A stretch of DNA of 64,000 nt from Octopus vulgaris (lineage: Eukaryota): assembly GCA_951406725.2 (NCBI GenBank), contig OX597815.1:147064001-147128000 (forward strand), read 5' to 3'. This document shows, one piece after another, positions 40,681-54,498 of the stretch; position 1 is the first letter of the stretch; each line of letters opens with the position of its first letter. The translations under genes and the position numbers were made by a program. The notes beneath the pieces were generated by a model. It did not search any database, was not told the DNA's origin, and saw only the letters and a list, made by a program, of their open reading frames with translations.

Positions 40681-41410
40681 TCAGTTTGCCTTAAAGCTGG
40701 AAAGATTCTGAAAGTTTCTTGTAGGCTGCATGTCCATGCTTTCCTTTGGCCCGTACATGGTCAGCTCTACCATGTTGTTATCTGAGAGTAGTGTCGGTGT
40801 CACTTTCACATTATGGATGAGATCTATATTATTTGTGAAGCAGAGATCCAATATGTTACCTGCCCTGGTTGGTTGGATTATTACTTGCTCCATGTACAGA
40901 GTGTTGATGAGGTTCAGGAGGGACCTCGCCTGTTCTCGTTCACATCGTGTCATTCCTGGGAGATAAAGGCCCTCGGGCCATCTGACATTGGGTAGATTGA
41001 AGTCTCCCATATGAAGTACACTTACGTGTTGTTCTAATGTGGCTAGAACTTCTATTTTTATAAGGCAGTCTTCAAACTTGCCTACATGGCTTGGGGCATC
41101 TGGAGGGCGATATGTAGCACACACAACTAGATCAAGTTGCCTTATATGTACAATTAGTATGTCACACACCGAATTTGAGTATGACAAAAGGACCTGACTC
41201 CTTCATGATTCCTTTCTTTTCGGTCGGTCCGTAGTACAACATACTGTGGTATGTGTATTTCCGCATCTGCTATGTCCGGTTTCCGGTGTGTTTCCGTAGG
41301 TGCTATGTATAAGGCTTGATTGCATGCAACAAAGTCTCTCAACAACGGGATTTTGGTCCTATTACTGAGTGTTAGCAGTCTTCTGATGTTCAGTAGGAGC
41401 ATCGAGGTGA
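40681..41410 (-). pseudogene. LINE ORF2 apurinic-like endonuclease (disrupted)
   Basis: LLLNIR..TETH..YVVLRTDR; ATYRPP; MGDFNLP; PTRAGNILDLCFTN; LSDNN. Confidence 0.9.
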
Positions 41411-41514
41411 GGTGTATGCTGTTACCGGCGGTGTCCACCTTGGGTCTATTTGCTGTGGCGGTCTTGTGTATTGTGGATAGTCCCATCTGCGAGTTTGAGT
41501 TTGATGGAGCCAGG

Positions 41515-42054
41515 TTAGCTGCTGTACAATCTTTTGTGCCATGCACAAAAAAGATTCTTGTTCAGCAGCTGCCCTTTCAATAACATGTTGGCGGTTTGTA
41601 GCACGCACCACATCTGCGTACCTCCGTTTGGGGCAGGTGGTGCGTGGTCCATTCCTTTTCCTCTTGGTAGTTGGATTCTGACCTGTTTCGAGTTTATATG
41701 GCGGGGTCTTTGATGTGCAAAACGGCAGCCTGCACCTTCCTCTCCATGCCAGCAGACACCTTTCAGATAGAATCTACACATTCGTGTGCGCTGTCTGTTT
41801 CTATCCTTTTTGGTACATGGATAGTCAGGTTTGCTTCTATCCTTGGCTGTTTCATCTTTTGGTTTTGGTTGAGTTTTAGTTTTTCCTTCTTTGGCGGTTT
41901 CATCTTTTGTTTTTCTTTTAGTTTTTCCTCCTTTTATTTCTTTTTTGGCTCTTTCATCTCCATGGCTTTTGGTGCTGGTAGGAGCACTTGCACTTGGGTT
42001 TACTTCCCGGGCAGGTTTCTCACTTGAATCTTTTTCTTCCTGGGTGTCTACCAA
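41515..42054 (-). pseudogene. LINE ORF1 remnant: lysine-rich region and CCCH zinc finger
   Basis: CRFYLKGVCWHGEEGAGCRFAH immediately upstream of the APE domain. Confidence 0.75.
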
Positions 42055-42877
42055 GTGGGGGTGACATCTTTCATCAGCACCCGTGCCTCCATCCTTGCCA
42101 TCTTTACTTTGTTCGTTGTCAAAGATGGCATCAAGCGTGCCAATGTGAGATCTTATGAGTGCTTAGGAGCGTATAAACTCCTGCTTCTTTCGCTCTATCT
42201 GCGCTATCGTCCTCTTATATCCACTGCTCTTCAGCGCAGCTGTAATTATGTTGTTCGGAGTATTTCCGTTGGCGCTTCGAGAGGCCCTAAGGAACAACGC
42301 CAGTTCGTTACTTCTCCAGGTTCTGGACATTTTGGATATTTTATTTATCTATCTAATTATATTTAAAATTTAAAAGTGCGATAGCGGGTAGAGAAGATAT
42401 AGAGAAAGAAAGTGTCTAAATATTTAGAGAGAGATTGAGAGCTGAGAGAAGATAAGAAGAGAGTAAGAGAAGGAGGTTCGCGTCTATATATTTAGAAAAA
42501 TTGAGAGGCTGAGAGAGGAAAGATGGTGTGACAGAGAGAAGTGGAGAAGTGAAGAGACAAGGAAAGAGGCGTGAGGGAGAGAAGTGAAGAGACAGAGAGA
42601 GAAAGAAATGAAAGAGAGGGGTTATGCAAAAGATTGAGCGGCTTAGAGAAGATAAAAAGAGAGTGATAGAGAGTCTATATATTTAGGAAGATTGAGAGAA
42701 AGAAAAGAAAGAGAGGAGGTTACGAAGCTGAAATAGAAAATTAAAGATTATTGACAGGATGTAAATTATAAAGGTATATACCTGTCCGTAGCTACAAACG
42801 TTTTTTTCTAAACCAAACTAATTGCGACTATACTTCTAATGTTCGCATATATATATTTAGGGAGATTGAGGGGCTGA

Positions 42878-42927
<50 letters not shown>

Positions 42928-43615
42928 AGAGTAACAAATAAATATACGCCTATCTAAACTTGAATAATTTTAGAGAGATGTAACGGAGTTGAAACAGAAA
43001 TCGAAAGAGTTTTAAACAATGTAAACAGAGAATAGGCCCTTACATTGAATTACGGGAAAATAAATAAATGAAAAGGGGTACTTATCTTTTAAGAGGTAGA
43101 AGTCCCAAAATCTTCTCCCTAACGAAGAGGTTTTCTTTCAAAAAACAAAAAAAAACCGGTTCTTTTGGCTTCTAAATGTCGATTGGAAATAGACTTAAAA
43201 GATGTCACCACGTGCTTTTTTCGACGGGAAATCTGGCGTGCGTAATTAACTTTAGTGTATTATATTTGGCTTGAAGCGAGATATATTACGGTTTTTAACT
43301 AATATATCCTAGTAGACCGCTATGAGATAGCAAGTTCTACGTTTTTTATGAGTTTTCGCCGATTATTTCGTCGATTTATGCAAACCTTTTTGTTTTTTTA
43401 TCACAGAGCAAAGCAACACGTCTCTACCTTACGAAAGCCGGAAGTAATATCTTGGACATTTAAAAAAGTACCCAAAATAGAAGGGAGTATGCAGGCTGCT
43501 CTTGCAGAGTATATAACTGTCCAGTAGGAGGCATATGCGAGGCTGAAGGGTTCGTCTATGTGGCTACGTTGATACCTAGACCTGCTATCCACAATAACAG
43601 TATTGTGCCACACAC

Positions 43616-43749
<134 letters not shown>

Positions 43750-44733
43750 TATGTATGCATGTATACATACACACTCACGCGCTTGCACACTCCTTTGGAG
43801 TGGAGAAACAGAAAACATCACAATCATTTGTTATTCAATAGAAACTGGAAATGGTGTACATTGTTCTACCATCTGTAAAATACTGACACTTTCACTCTGT
43901 ATGGAGCTCTCGGTCCAAATTTGCTTAATGAATTTGTTCGTTCATCTATTTATTGTAAAGAGTCTCCTGTACCTGACTATATAATGTAAATCAAAATTAC
44001 TCTGTATTCTGCCATCGTCATGGAGACTATTAATTACGGTGTGGGAAATTGGATCAAATACACACCATACATCTTTATGGCACGTCTTACAAGAGGAAAT
44101 AGGATTAGCTTTTTTTTTATTTGAATTTTTTCACAGAGAGACAGCAGTTGATTTATGAAGTATATTAAAACATGTCAAATGAACTTAGGGGGTTACCCAG
44201 TCACTATGTGTGTCTCACTAAATGTATAGTAAAGTGCAAAAATATTCATCGATCGATAAACTATTTGCTGATATGATTTCAGCGATTTTCTTTCGTTGTC
44301 TTTTATCACATTTCTGACCTAGAAAAATATAATGTAGCAGATTCTAAAATCACACAATAGCGTCAATTATGCAAGGAGCCAACGAGTGTTGAAGCGCCTC
44401 ATATCAAATTCTCTGTAACGAATACCTTGGAAATTACCAGCCGTACTTGCATCACTCTAGGGAATCTACAAGCAACGTTAGTATTCCTATTCAACTGAAT
44501 CGACATGACATATATCATCTTCATCAACATCGCCCTCATTACCATCGTCGTCATCGAATACGTCGTTATCGTCTTCAGTTCCATTTCTTTATATATGCCG
44601 TGGCCGCTATCCCAATCATCAGTGATAATGGAAGATTGATATGAAATTATCTGAGAATAGTCAACTTTGAGATATGCAATACTGTATAAAAACCATGTCT
44701 AGATAAAAAGGTGTGGTTTCTATTCATCGTAAG

Positions 44734-44810
<77 letters not shown>

Positions 44811-44813
44811 TGT

Positions 44814-45100
44814 GGAGGTGCAATGGCCCAATAGTTAGGGCAGTGGACTCGCGGTTTTTATTCCCAGACCTGACGTTGTGAGTGTTTCTTGAGCAAAAAT
44901 ACCTAAAGCTCCACGAGGCTCCGGCAGTGGGTGGTGGCGATCTCTGGTATACTCTTTCGCCACAAGTTTATCTCACTCTTTCTTCTGTTGGCCTTCTCGC
45001 TTTGTCAGCGGGGTAGCGTCATTTGAAGGCTAAAACAATGCGAAGTGCAATGTGACCAGCGATGTGTGACAACATCTGATAGCCTGGTCGGTTACGGTCA
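44814..45100 (+). mobile_element. Decayed tRNA-derived SINE
   Basis: ggaggtgcaatggcccaatagttagggcagtggactcg head; cttgagcaaaaatacctaaagctccac core. Confidence 0.65.
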
Positions 45101-46395
45101 TATATATATATATAAGGAACCATTATTGTTTTAAAAAATTCATGTTTAACATAATCTCATAATTTTAGATTTTGGAAGAGTGATGCATTCGATGTAATCG
45201 ACTCTCAGCATATGAACATAACTGTATGGTTAAGAAGCTAACCTCGCCACCACCTAGCCTTGGGGTCAGCTAATTTTTGCACCGATTCGATCACTTTCTT
45301 GAAAATGAGTTTGGCAAACTTGTCATATATATATCACTACGTGTAAGTCTTGTTTGAGAAGGAGAGAGAGAGAGAGAAATAGAGTGACAGACGGTTTGAC
45401 GAAAAAAAAAAAAGAATTTATCCTGATCGTAAATATGTCTGACTATGATATGCAATTTTCACGTAGTAAAAAGTTTTGTTTTTTAAACGTCAACATTATT
45501 TTAACGTGAAGAAATGAAATAATAACATGAAAAGTATGAAAGATCAAATTCTCGAGATAAAAGCGCCATCAGTACTTCATCAAGGAAAGAAAGCAGAAAA
45601 GGCGGAGGAGAGGAAAATCAATTAACAGACGTGGAGATACAGAGGACGAATGACATGTTCGGCCGCGCCTTACATTCATGATCGCGAAGGCATTGTCGCA
45701 AGAATGGCCAATGAAACCTCTTGCAAAAACCACCCTAACTCGCGGGCTCATTTCTCTGACGGCTCGCAGCTATTCTGATTTTGCAGAGTAAATTAGTAAA
45801 ACGTGAGGTCACAATGTCGACCATTAGAAAGTGATAGCCGTCAGTCAAGCTCTTATATTTGTTGATTTGATATATGTATAACAGTTTTGTGTGCGTGTGT
45901 CTAGTGTCATAGATACGTGCGTATATATGTTCTCGTTAAGCTATACAACAAATATGATTGAGTAGATCTATAATCTCAAATATTCAAGTTAAAGACATAC
46001 TGTCAGTGGTTTTTTTCCTATGCGATGCGTCATTCCAATGATGGAGATTAGGCTGTTGTTTCTCACAGATCGAACAAATTTGTAAACACATTTTACATTT
46101 AGCTCGTAAGTTTCAGGGATTTCTCCAACAACTTTTTTGAACTTTCACCAGATCATTTTTAAAGAATTCATTTCTGATGTAGTTTTGCTTCACGATGACA
46201 AAATTGCAAATTAGATCTTATGTATAATCATTCACATATAGAGAATTACACACATACGTACATTTACACCCACAGAATCATAAATACACACACACATATA
46301 TAAGTCAAAGCATACGTAATAGACATTAGGTTTTTTGTTAAGTAACTCTCTCTAATAACTCTGTTATATATATATATATAAATACACACACATGC

Positions 46396-46448
<53 letters not shown>

Positions 46449-46565
46449 ACACATACACACAAACTCACACACACATGCATATATTTTATATATATATATA
46501 TATATACACACAGACACATACACACACATACATATATATATATATGTATAAATATATATATATAT

Positions 46566-46624
<59 letters not shown>

Positions 46625-46754
46625 CAGTCAGAAATACTTTCATTGTGCTCAAAAATGTACTTTAACTTAAGTTTAATCTTTAGACGACTTATTAACGAAA
46701 AGAAAAGTGATTGACAGTCTTTGTAGCTTTGTCATAGAAGACTGTCTTTTTTCT

Positions 46755-47150
46755 ATTACTTGTCTAATAGAAGACTCTCTTTCATGTTTTATTTGTCTGA
46801 GTCATTAGACTGCGTTCATGATAGAGCAACGCACGAGAAGAATTTCAGGCGACCGATTCGACACCAGTACTTATATTTTATGTCTCGTATCTATTTTATC
46901 GGTCTTCCGAAAATCTAAGTTTCGGGGACGTACACACACCAACACTTATTGTCGAGAGGTGAAGAGAAACTAAACTGACACACACATACACACATAAATA
47001 TAAATAATGTGGGCGTCTTTCTTTCTGATTCTGTCTAGCAAATGCACTCACGAGGGCTTGGGTGGACCGATGTTTTAGTAAAAGGTAATAGCAAAATGTC
47101 CCAAGCCGTTGACTGAACTTGGAGCTATGTTGTTGGCAAGTAAATTTATT
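46755..47150 (-). mobile_element. Heavily decayed main-family SINE
   Basis: gtcattagactgcgttcatgatagagca (tail, reverse) and aaatgcactcacgagggcttgggtggaccga. Confidence 0.55.
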
Positions 47151-47524
47151 AATATACAACCACTCATTCTAGAATAGTAAACAAGTAGTTTTCAATAAAT
47201 TTGGTAAGGCACCTCGCTTTCAATGTTGTCTTGAAGAGGTATCCAGCAAAAGTGATGTCAGGAAGCAACTCGAAGACAAAATCTCCTTTAGAGTAGCTCT
47301 CGTCTTCTCAAAACTGGGAAAAATGTAGTGTAATGACTGTGTGAGAGAGAAAGGGAGAAGACGGAGACGGAATTGCGAGAGTGACATGGAAGTCAAATAG
47401 AGAGAGAAAGAGAGAGTGAGAGAGAGAAGGGATCGAGAGATAGACAGGCAGTACCGAAAGAAGAAAGATAAAGTGAGATATAATGACAAACAAAACAATA
47501 GAAAAGAATATGATAGGGACAGAA

Positions 47525-47556
<32 letters not shown>

Positions 47557-47952
47557 GACAACAAAGGTAGGGAAAGAAAGGAAGAAAATAAAAGCAATTT
47601 CACATACTTATAAATATATGTGTGTGGCTTTATGTATATATATATATATATCGTTGCCTAGACGTTTTTATGTGTATGTATAGGGATATATATATAGGTG
47701 TGTGATTTAGTGTATGTATTTAGATATGGTTATATATAATTAGTTATATGTGTATGGGTGTATATATAGTTTATTTTTATTTTGTTTTATATTTAATTGT
47801 TGATAGGTTTATTTTAGTTTATATATTGATTATATATGGATTATATATAGGTTATATATAGATTATATATTTATATTTTTTCATTGATACTTTAATTATT
47901 TTAAAATTATTATTTTTTATATTTTAAAATATTGATATTTTAGATTGGAAAT

Positions 47953-47995
47953 CCACCTGAAGATTGTCGATCGGGACATGAAACAATTGTAGTGG
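47953..47995 (+). ncRNA. Canonical minimal type I hammerhead ribozyme (family H) in an AT-rich insert (about 47651-48090) flanked by (TA)n
   Basis: ccac ctgaaga t tgtc gatcgg gaca t gaaa caattg ta gtgg; all core nucleotides present. Confidence 0.92.
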
Positions 47996-48087
47996 CGGTT
48001 TTTTTTACTTTTTATTAGAATTTTACGTATTGATTAAGTCTTTCCTTGTTTGTTTTGCAAAATAGTGGTTTTGTCTCTAATTAATAT

Positions 48088-48139
<52 letters not shown>

Positions 48140-48144
48140 TATAG

Positions 48145-48335
48145 TCTGTAAATAATGATAATAGGATTTTATAAGCTTAGAGCTAATAACCGCGCAACGA
48201 CTAAAGAAAGTAGTCTAATAATGGAGCATACAAGCCCCTTTCGACGGAAAAAAGTAGCTTTCCCGTTGGCAAGGGACACGAACCCACAATTTTTTTGTTT
48301 TCGCGACAAGTGTGCTAGCCATTTACACCAACACT
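48145..48335 (-). mobile_element. tRNA-like-headed repeat ending at (TA)n; 3' part also at about 21640-21730 (+)
   Basis: Minus gttggtgtaaatggctagcacac..gtgggttcgtgtcccttgccaac; shared tattagactacttt..ttagtc..taagcttata. Confidence 0.55.
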
Positions 48336-48626
48336 TAACCTGATGCTTTCCATCAGACTTAAGAACTATAATTAGTTCGTAGTGTTGTTTTGTAAACAAA
48401 CTTTCATGTGCTTCCCAAAGCAGTAATATACATATACATACATACATACATGCATACATGCATACATGCATACATGCATACATACATACATACTTATATA
48501 CATACATACATACATACATAAATACATATATACATATATACATGCATATATATATATTTATATGATACATTCATACGGATGTGTACGCATATATTTGTAT
48601 ATATGTGTGTTTGTATATATATACAA

Positions 48627-48669
<43 letters not shown>

Positions 48670-48969
48670 TGTTAATATGTATGTTTATATATGTATATAT
48701 GTGTGTGTGTTCGTGTGTGTATATATTTAAAATTCTCTCTATCATAAGCAAAAGGCTTGACATTTTAGGGTAAGAGATTAGTCGATTATACCGACATCAC
48801 CATTTCATTTCTACTTAATTTGGTAACCCCTGTACGTGAAACGGCACGCTATGTAGTAATCCAAATACTCATATATGATATACAATATTTACATATTATA
48901 TATATGTGTGAGCGTACATGTCTGTATGAGCATGAATATGTGTATGGTTGTATGCTTGCATGTACGTAT

Positions 48970-49372
48970 GTTATTGTTCAGGCTATTGTCAATAAAGAAA
49001 AGCCGGTTTCTATCCTACATTCAAGGCTCTATCGTAGGAATTTTTTCAACATAAACATTTTTGTATGTATGTATATCTGCAGATTTGTTTTTTTTTTTTT
49101 ATGTATGTAATCTCTTTCATATACTTTCATATCTAGACACGTTCATATATAATTAAATGTTAAGCTCCTAAACAGTTCTAGTGATGGCTTGCATTTCATG
49201 CCACCGAATCAGCTTTCTCCTTTCTAGTTTTAAGAAGCCTAATTTCTCAAGATTGGTATATAAGCAGTGTGTTACATATCCAAGTGCGCCAATAATTAAA
49301 GATATAAACCTGAACTTGTAATCTGGCTTGAGTTGTTGTAGATTCCTCAATAGATGAGCATAGGTATTTTCC
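48970..49372 (-). mobile_element. 3' end of an RLE-type (R4-like) LINE in (CATA)n context
   Basis: ENTYAHLLRNLQQLKPDYKFRFISLIIGALGYVT..LEKLGF then 3'UTR ending ctgaacaataacatac. Confidence 0.7.
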
Positions 49373-49459
49373 ATGTATGTTTGTATGTATGCATGTATGT
49401 ATGCATGTAAGTATGTATGTATGTATGTATGTATGTATGTATGTATGTATGTATGTATG

Positions 49460-49496
<37 letters not shown>

Positions 49497-50373
49497 GTCT
49501 ATCTATCTCTAAAGATCGCGATTACCGTCAGAATATCGTGCCTTGTCCCGACCCTACCATCACCAAACTGGAACATATACTCTTCGTAGCCTCCGATGGT
49601 TAGGCGATCCATTTGCTGTCAGCACCAGCTAGAGGGCTGGGCGTGCCGTGGTTGATGATGCGCAGACATGCGCTTCATAGACGACGTAGAACAGGTGTGG
49701 TCGTTTGTGCAGCGCGATTTCCCGCAGCTCGTCTCTTTGGCCAAACTAAAGTCGTGGATCAAACAGAGACCGAGGCTGGGCGAGTGTCGCCTTGCTCTCC
49801 AGCAACTCTGCTGTCCGGAACCAAACTTGCCCGACTTCAATACCACAAAGACGTTCTATAGAGGATTAGTGGAGGGGTGGTGCGACGACGTTCTCGGGCA
49901 GAATCTGGGCGTCGACGGAGAACATCTAACACGCCTGTTCAGGACAACATTCGGGCCGGGACATATAGACAATGACCAGAGATCCCAGGTCTGGCAGCCC
50001 TTTCGAGAAGCGTCGTCCGTTCGGGATAAGCTCTACAGACACGGTTTGAGACACACCGGACCGACTTGCCCTAGATTCAGTCAGAGCGACAGAACCGTTC
50101 TGACCGCACTGGTGAGGTGTCCAGCCATTTAGGACCTGTGGGCTTATGCCGACCGGCTGCTGTCACGTATGGGACAAATTCAGTTGTCGGCCGAGTCTAT
50201 CGTGAAAATTTCTCCGCCACGTACCCTGAACCGGAAAGGCAAGGCAGTGTTCATAGTGGTCATGGAGAAAGAATGTGTGTGGTGGACTCGAGCGAAAAGT
50301 TTAGCGACGAACACTTTCCTACATTATTTATATTATTTACATTTGACGGATATTTGTCCTCATCTTGTTTGTT

Positions 50374-50419
50374 AACACAACGTTTAGGCTGATACAACCT
50401 CTAGCCTTCATCAGATGTC
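50374..50419 (-). ncRNA. Hammerhead ribozyme, family I inverted copy (GAAA>UAAA mutant)
   Basis: Minus: GACAU-CUGAUGA-AGGCUAG..UCAGCC-UAAA-CG-UU-GUGUU. Confidence 0.7.
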
Positions 50420-50580
50420 TTGGGTAAATTTCGAACCTGGGTTCTCATTCCTAAGGTATTTTTCGTTGGTGTTATCATTATTATTCAGGTCACTGCAATA
50501 TGCCCACGGGCATATGGCGTAGTGGTTAAGAGCGCGGGCCACTAACCCCAAGATTCCGAATTCGATTCCAGACAGTGTCT

Positions 50581-50678
<98 letters not shown>

Positions 50679-50679
<1 letters not shown>

Positions 50680-50772
50680 TACCTTTATCAGACGGGTAGT
50701 CATGATGGGTATATTGGGCTTCGTATATTTTACCCCAGTGTCACTTTGATGGCATGAACTGCTCTCTCACTC

Positions 50773-50775
<3 letters not shown>
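50679..50775 (+). mobile_element. 3' fragment of the 28840-29220 family nested in the (TAA)n of family I
   Basis: gtacctttatcagacgggta..ttttaccccagtgtcactttgatggcatgaactgctctctcactcaataat with (TAA)n on both sides. Confidence 0.8.
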
Positions 50776-50825
<50 letters not shown>

Positions 50826-50889
50826 CAACAACAACAATGACACCGAAAAATACCTTAGGTATGGGAACCCAGGTTCGAAATTTCTCCAA

Positions 50890-50936
50890 GATACCTGATG
50901 AATGCTTGGAGAGTATATCAGCCGAAACGTTGTGTT
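50890..50936 (+). ncRNA. Minimal hammerhead ribozyme, family I
   Basis: gatac ctgatga atgcttggagagtatatcagcc gaaa cg tt gtgtt; stem II partly decayed. Confidence 0.8.
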
Positions 50937-52199
50937 AACCACAAACAAGTCGAGGACAAATATCCGTCAAATGTAAATAATGTAAATAATGTGCATAATT
51001 CTTCATCTCTTAAATATAGAACTGTAGAAACACTTCCCTCTCTGGCCAATTGCTCATCAACTTTTTCAAGTTAAAAACGTAGGTCAGAAGTTTTGTCTCG
51101 TGAAAATTTCAATAAAAGGTGGGTGAATGTAGCAAAGATGGTACGCACGAATGACGAAACCACTTTGCGTACGATCCTGTAAATCGAAAAAATAAGAGAG
51201 GGAGAGAGTACTTTGCCATCATGTATTTTTTACCTCCTTGCCTGAGGTTACTGTGGTCTTTTTCGTAGGTTTTTCTTCTTTTCACGGATAAACCTAATTT
51301 GTTTTTTACATTTATGATATTTTCTGTAATTACACAATCCCTTTTGATCTGAAATTTATTTTCTTATTTTTTGTCTGTTTTCAAAAAGAAAAGTTCTACA
51401 TTGTATTTTGTCGCCTCTGTGTTCGGCCCTGTGTGGCTAATAAAAAAACTCATCCATCAAGCCAGTCTGCCATTTATTATCCACCCAACCATCCATCCAT
51501 CCATCCATCCATCCATCCATCCATCCATCCATCCATCTATCTATCTAGCTAGTTAGCTAATCATATCCCTAAGTTATCGAAACGATTTCGGCTTCGTAGT
51601 TCAGTGGTTACGCAAGCAAGCGAGAGAGAAAGGGAGAGATAGACAGTGAGAGGCGGAATAGGGAGAGAGTTAGTGAGAGAGAAGGAGGAAGAGAGAGAGA
51701 GTGAAAGAGACAGGCAGAGACAGAGTCAGAAAGAATGAGCAAAGATATAGAGATGTAAGAGAATGCTAATTACTTGAATGATATAATTTGAGGTCAATAT
51801 TTTTCAATGAATTTAATAAGGTAATTTACACTCAGTTTAAATATTAGATGACTTATTCGCCAAGAATTCGGTGATTCATAACGTCATTCAAGCGTTGTGA
51901 TAACTGCGTGGCTATTTTTATAAACAGTAAAGGAGACATGAACGTTTTTCAGTGAATTGAATAAGGTACTTCACCTTCAATGTTGACATCAGACATCTTC
52001 GTTATGAGAACAAAGATTAATATCAAACCAAAAGTGATATGACATTTGTTTTAAGTAATCGTCTGCTTAGAATACTTCAGTTGTTTTCGGATATTATCGT
52101 CTTATGCTTTGTATAATACTCTTTAGTATTTCAAGATATTTTTTTATGAACGGGGGTGGTGGTATGTGAATGAGTGTGTGTGTGTTTGTGTGTGTGTCT

Positions 52200-52241
<42 letters not shown>

Positions 52242-52458
52242 AATGGAAATGGGATGGTGAATGTTCAACGCTGAAAAGAAAAAATCAAATAGCATTTCAA
52301 CTCTATTTGAGTATATGTCTATATGTGTGTGCATGTAGAAGTGAAGTATGTGAATGTTTGTAGCCGTGAGTATTTTGTACCTTATTTATATATAAAATAC
52401 TACAATTAGCCGTAATTTTTGACGTCACGGTGTGAGCTAGTATATATATATATATATA

Positions 52459-52748
52459 TATTGTTGTGTCTGGGGAGAGTCATTTTATTTTTATGCTTTA
52501 TAATGTAACACACTCACCGGTGAAATTTCCACTTATTTCTTATTTTTATTTTTCTAAAATTTTAGTTGCGATTTGCAACCTTTCCAATAGTCTTAAGAGT
52601 CAAGACTATTGAAAAGGTTGCAGAAATTTACCGGTCAGTTTGTTACATTATAAGGCACAAAAAGAAAATGACTCTCCGCAGACACAGCAGAATATGCTTC
52701 AACACACGAACTCATATAAAGAATCTTGCAAACCAATTACAAAACGAA

Positions 52749-52750
<2 letters not shown>
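52459..52750. mobile_element. Fold-back element in (TA)n with nested inverted repeats
   Basis: Outer arms ttgttgtgtctggggagagtcatttt..accggtgaaatttc / gaaatttaccggt..aaaatgactctccgcagacacagca; inner hairpin tgcaacctttccaatagtctt/aagactattgaaaaggttgca. Confidence 0.75.
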
Positions 52751-52817
<67 letters not shown>

Positions 52818-52992
52818 AATATATATATATATATATATGTATGTATATACACATATATATATATATATACACACACAGACACACACATACATACATATAT
52901 GTATATATATATTTAGATAGATAGATAGATTGATGGATGGATGGATGGATAGATAGAAATAGATAAGTATGTGTTTGTGTGTGTGTGCGTGT

Positions 52993-53029
<37 letters not shown>

Positions 53030-53588
53030 GATGTAAGTATATATTTTCTTAATTCATTCTTTTGTTATCGCCATAGTTATTGAGTGTTCGTACGTGTAAT
53101 TGTAAATTTAGTAAAACATTGAAAGAAGGGTACTATAGAAAAATTCATGAAAGTATGAAAACAGACCTTTTAAAAGGCCTCATTCAACTTAGCATAATAC
53201 ATTTCGATGAGTTTAAGAAGGTACTTTAGCTCCAGTGTATAGTTTGACCGGCAAATTCGCGAAAACATCAGTGGCTGATAAGATCTTAAACAATAACCAT
53301 TTACACTTGAGAAAGACATCTTTCAAGTTATGTGAGAAATAGCGGGTTATGTAAAGTTTTATAAGAAATGAAGAGGAAATGAATAATTTTCAGTAAAGTT
53401 AATATATTTTACCTTCAGTGTTGACTTAAGACATCTTCGTGAACAGAGTGGGTATCCATCAATATTGATATGTTTAAGCAATTTGCTAAACTATAATACG
53501 TACGGAAAGGTGTCGTCTGGTCAGAAATGGAGAAAAGGAATACTTCGGATGTTTCCGGATAATTTCGGTTTAAAGTTTGTGAACTAAC

Positions 53589-53621
<33 letters not shown>

Positions 53622-53916
53622 CAGAGAGAGAGTGTGTGTGCGTGTTTGTATGTGTTGTGTGTGCGTGAGAGAGAGAGAGGGGGAGAGTCAGAGAGAAGAG
53701 GGAGACAAGGGTGAAAGGGTGATATGAAAGAGAAAGAGGGTAAAAGGAACAAAACTAGGGTGAGAAAAAGTGAATGACATGATGAAAACAAGGAAAGAGA
53801 GGGAAAGGGAGAGAGTCAGTGAGAGAGAGAGAGAGAGAGAGAGATACATACACACAAACAGGATGAAGAGATATAGAGACAGTGATGCTAGAGAGAGAAA
53901 GAGATAGAAAGTGAAT

Positions 53917-53947
<31 letters not shown>

Positions 53948-53982
53948 ATGCTCGAGAGATAGAGAAGGAAAGATGAAGGAGG

Positions 53983-54102
<120 letters not shown>

Positions 54103-54498
54103 GAGGGATGCTGGAGAAATATAGGGTGAGATAGAGAGTGACACTGGAGAGATACAATGTGGTAAAGTGAATATGCACCAGCAATTGAATGAGTGTGTGT
54201 CCACTGAACGACACCAGTTGTAACGTTACCAACCCTCTTCCACTCTATAGAGTTATATCCATTTCATACCAGCCCTCTGGACCATTCCTCCTAAACTTGT
54301 GTATGAGTGTGGCTATATGTCTACGTACGTATATATGTATGTGTTTTGCGTACGTGTCTATATGCATGTATACATTTATATACATACGTATATATGTATA
54401 TATGTATAATAATATATTTAGGATAGTTTATATATGCTTCTGCGTCTACATTTATATGTGAGTGCATTTTCGTATTCATTTATTTGTTTCAGCCATAT

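Larger units (their letters stand above)
38903..42320 (-). mobile_element. Near full-length decayed CR1-like (APE-RT) LINE
   Basis: ORF1 with CCCH finger, APE and RT motifs in order, 3' tail plus (TAAAA)n at 38903-38980; 5' boundary approximate. Confidence 0.9.
50331..51026 (+). mobile_element. tRNA-headed hammerhead-bearing element (family I) with inverted 5' arm
   Basis: A box tggcgtagtggtt at about 50515, B box ttcgattcc at about 50561, (TAA)n, HHR; 50331-50495 is an inverted copy of the 3' half; aacactt(t/c)cct on both flanks as probable target duplication. Confidence 0.8.
49515..51448 (+). mobile_element. 5'-truncated L1/Tx1-like LINE 3' portion, interrupted at 50331-51026
   Basis: GLGVPWLMMRRHAL; TTKTFYRGLV; VRDKLYRHG..PTCPR..TVL.ALV.CP (zf-RVT-like, decayed CCHC); KECVWWTR; resumes at 51027; ends aataaaaaaa. 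Confidence 0.75.

Noticed and set aside
45569-45790. GC-richer non-repetitive island (exon or enhancer?)
   Set aside because: No supportable ORF or motif; needs conservation data
50510-50578. Functional tRNA gene
   Set aside because: Acceptor stem does not pair; it is the head of a repeat (likewise 48265-48335)
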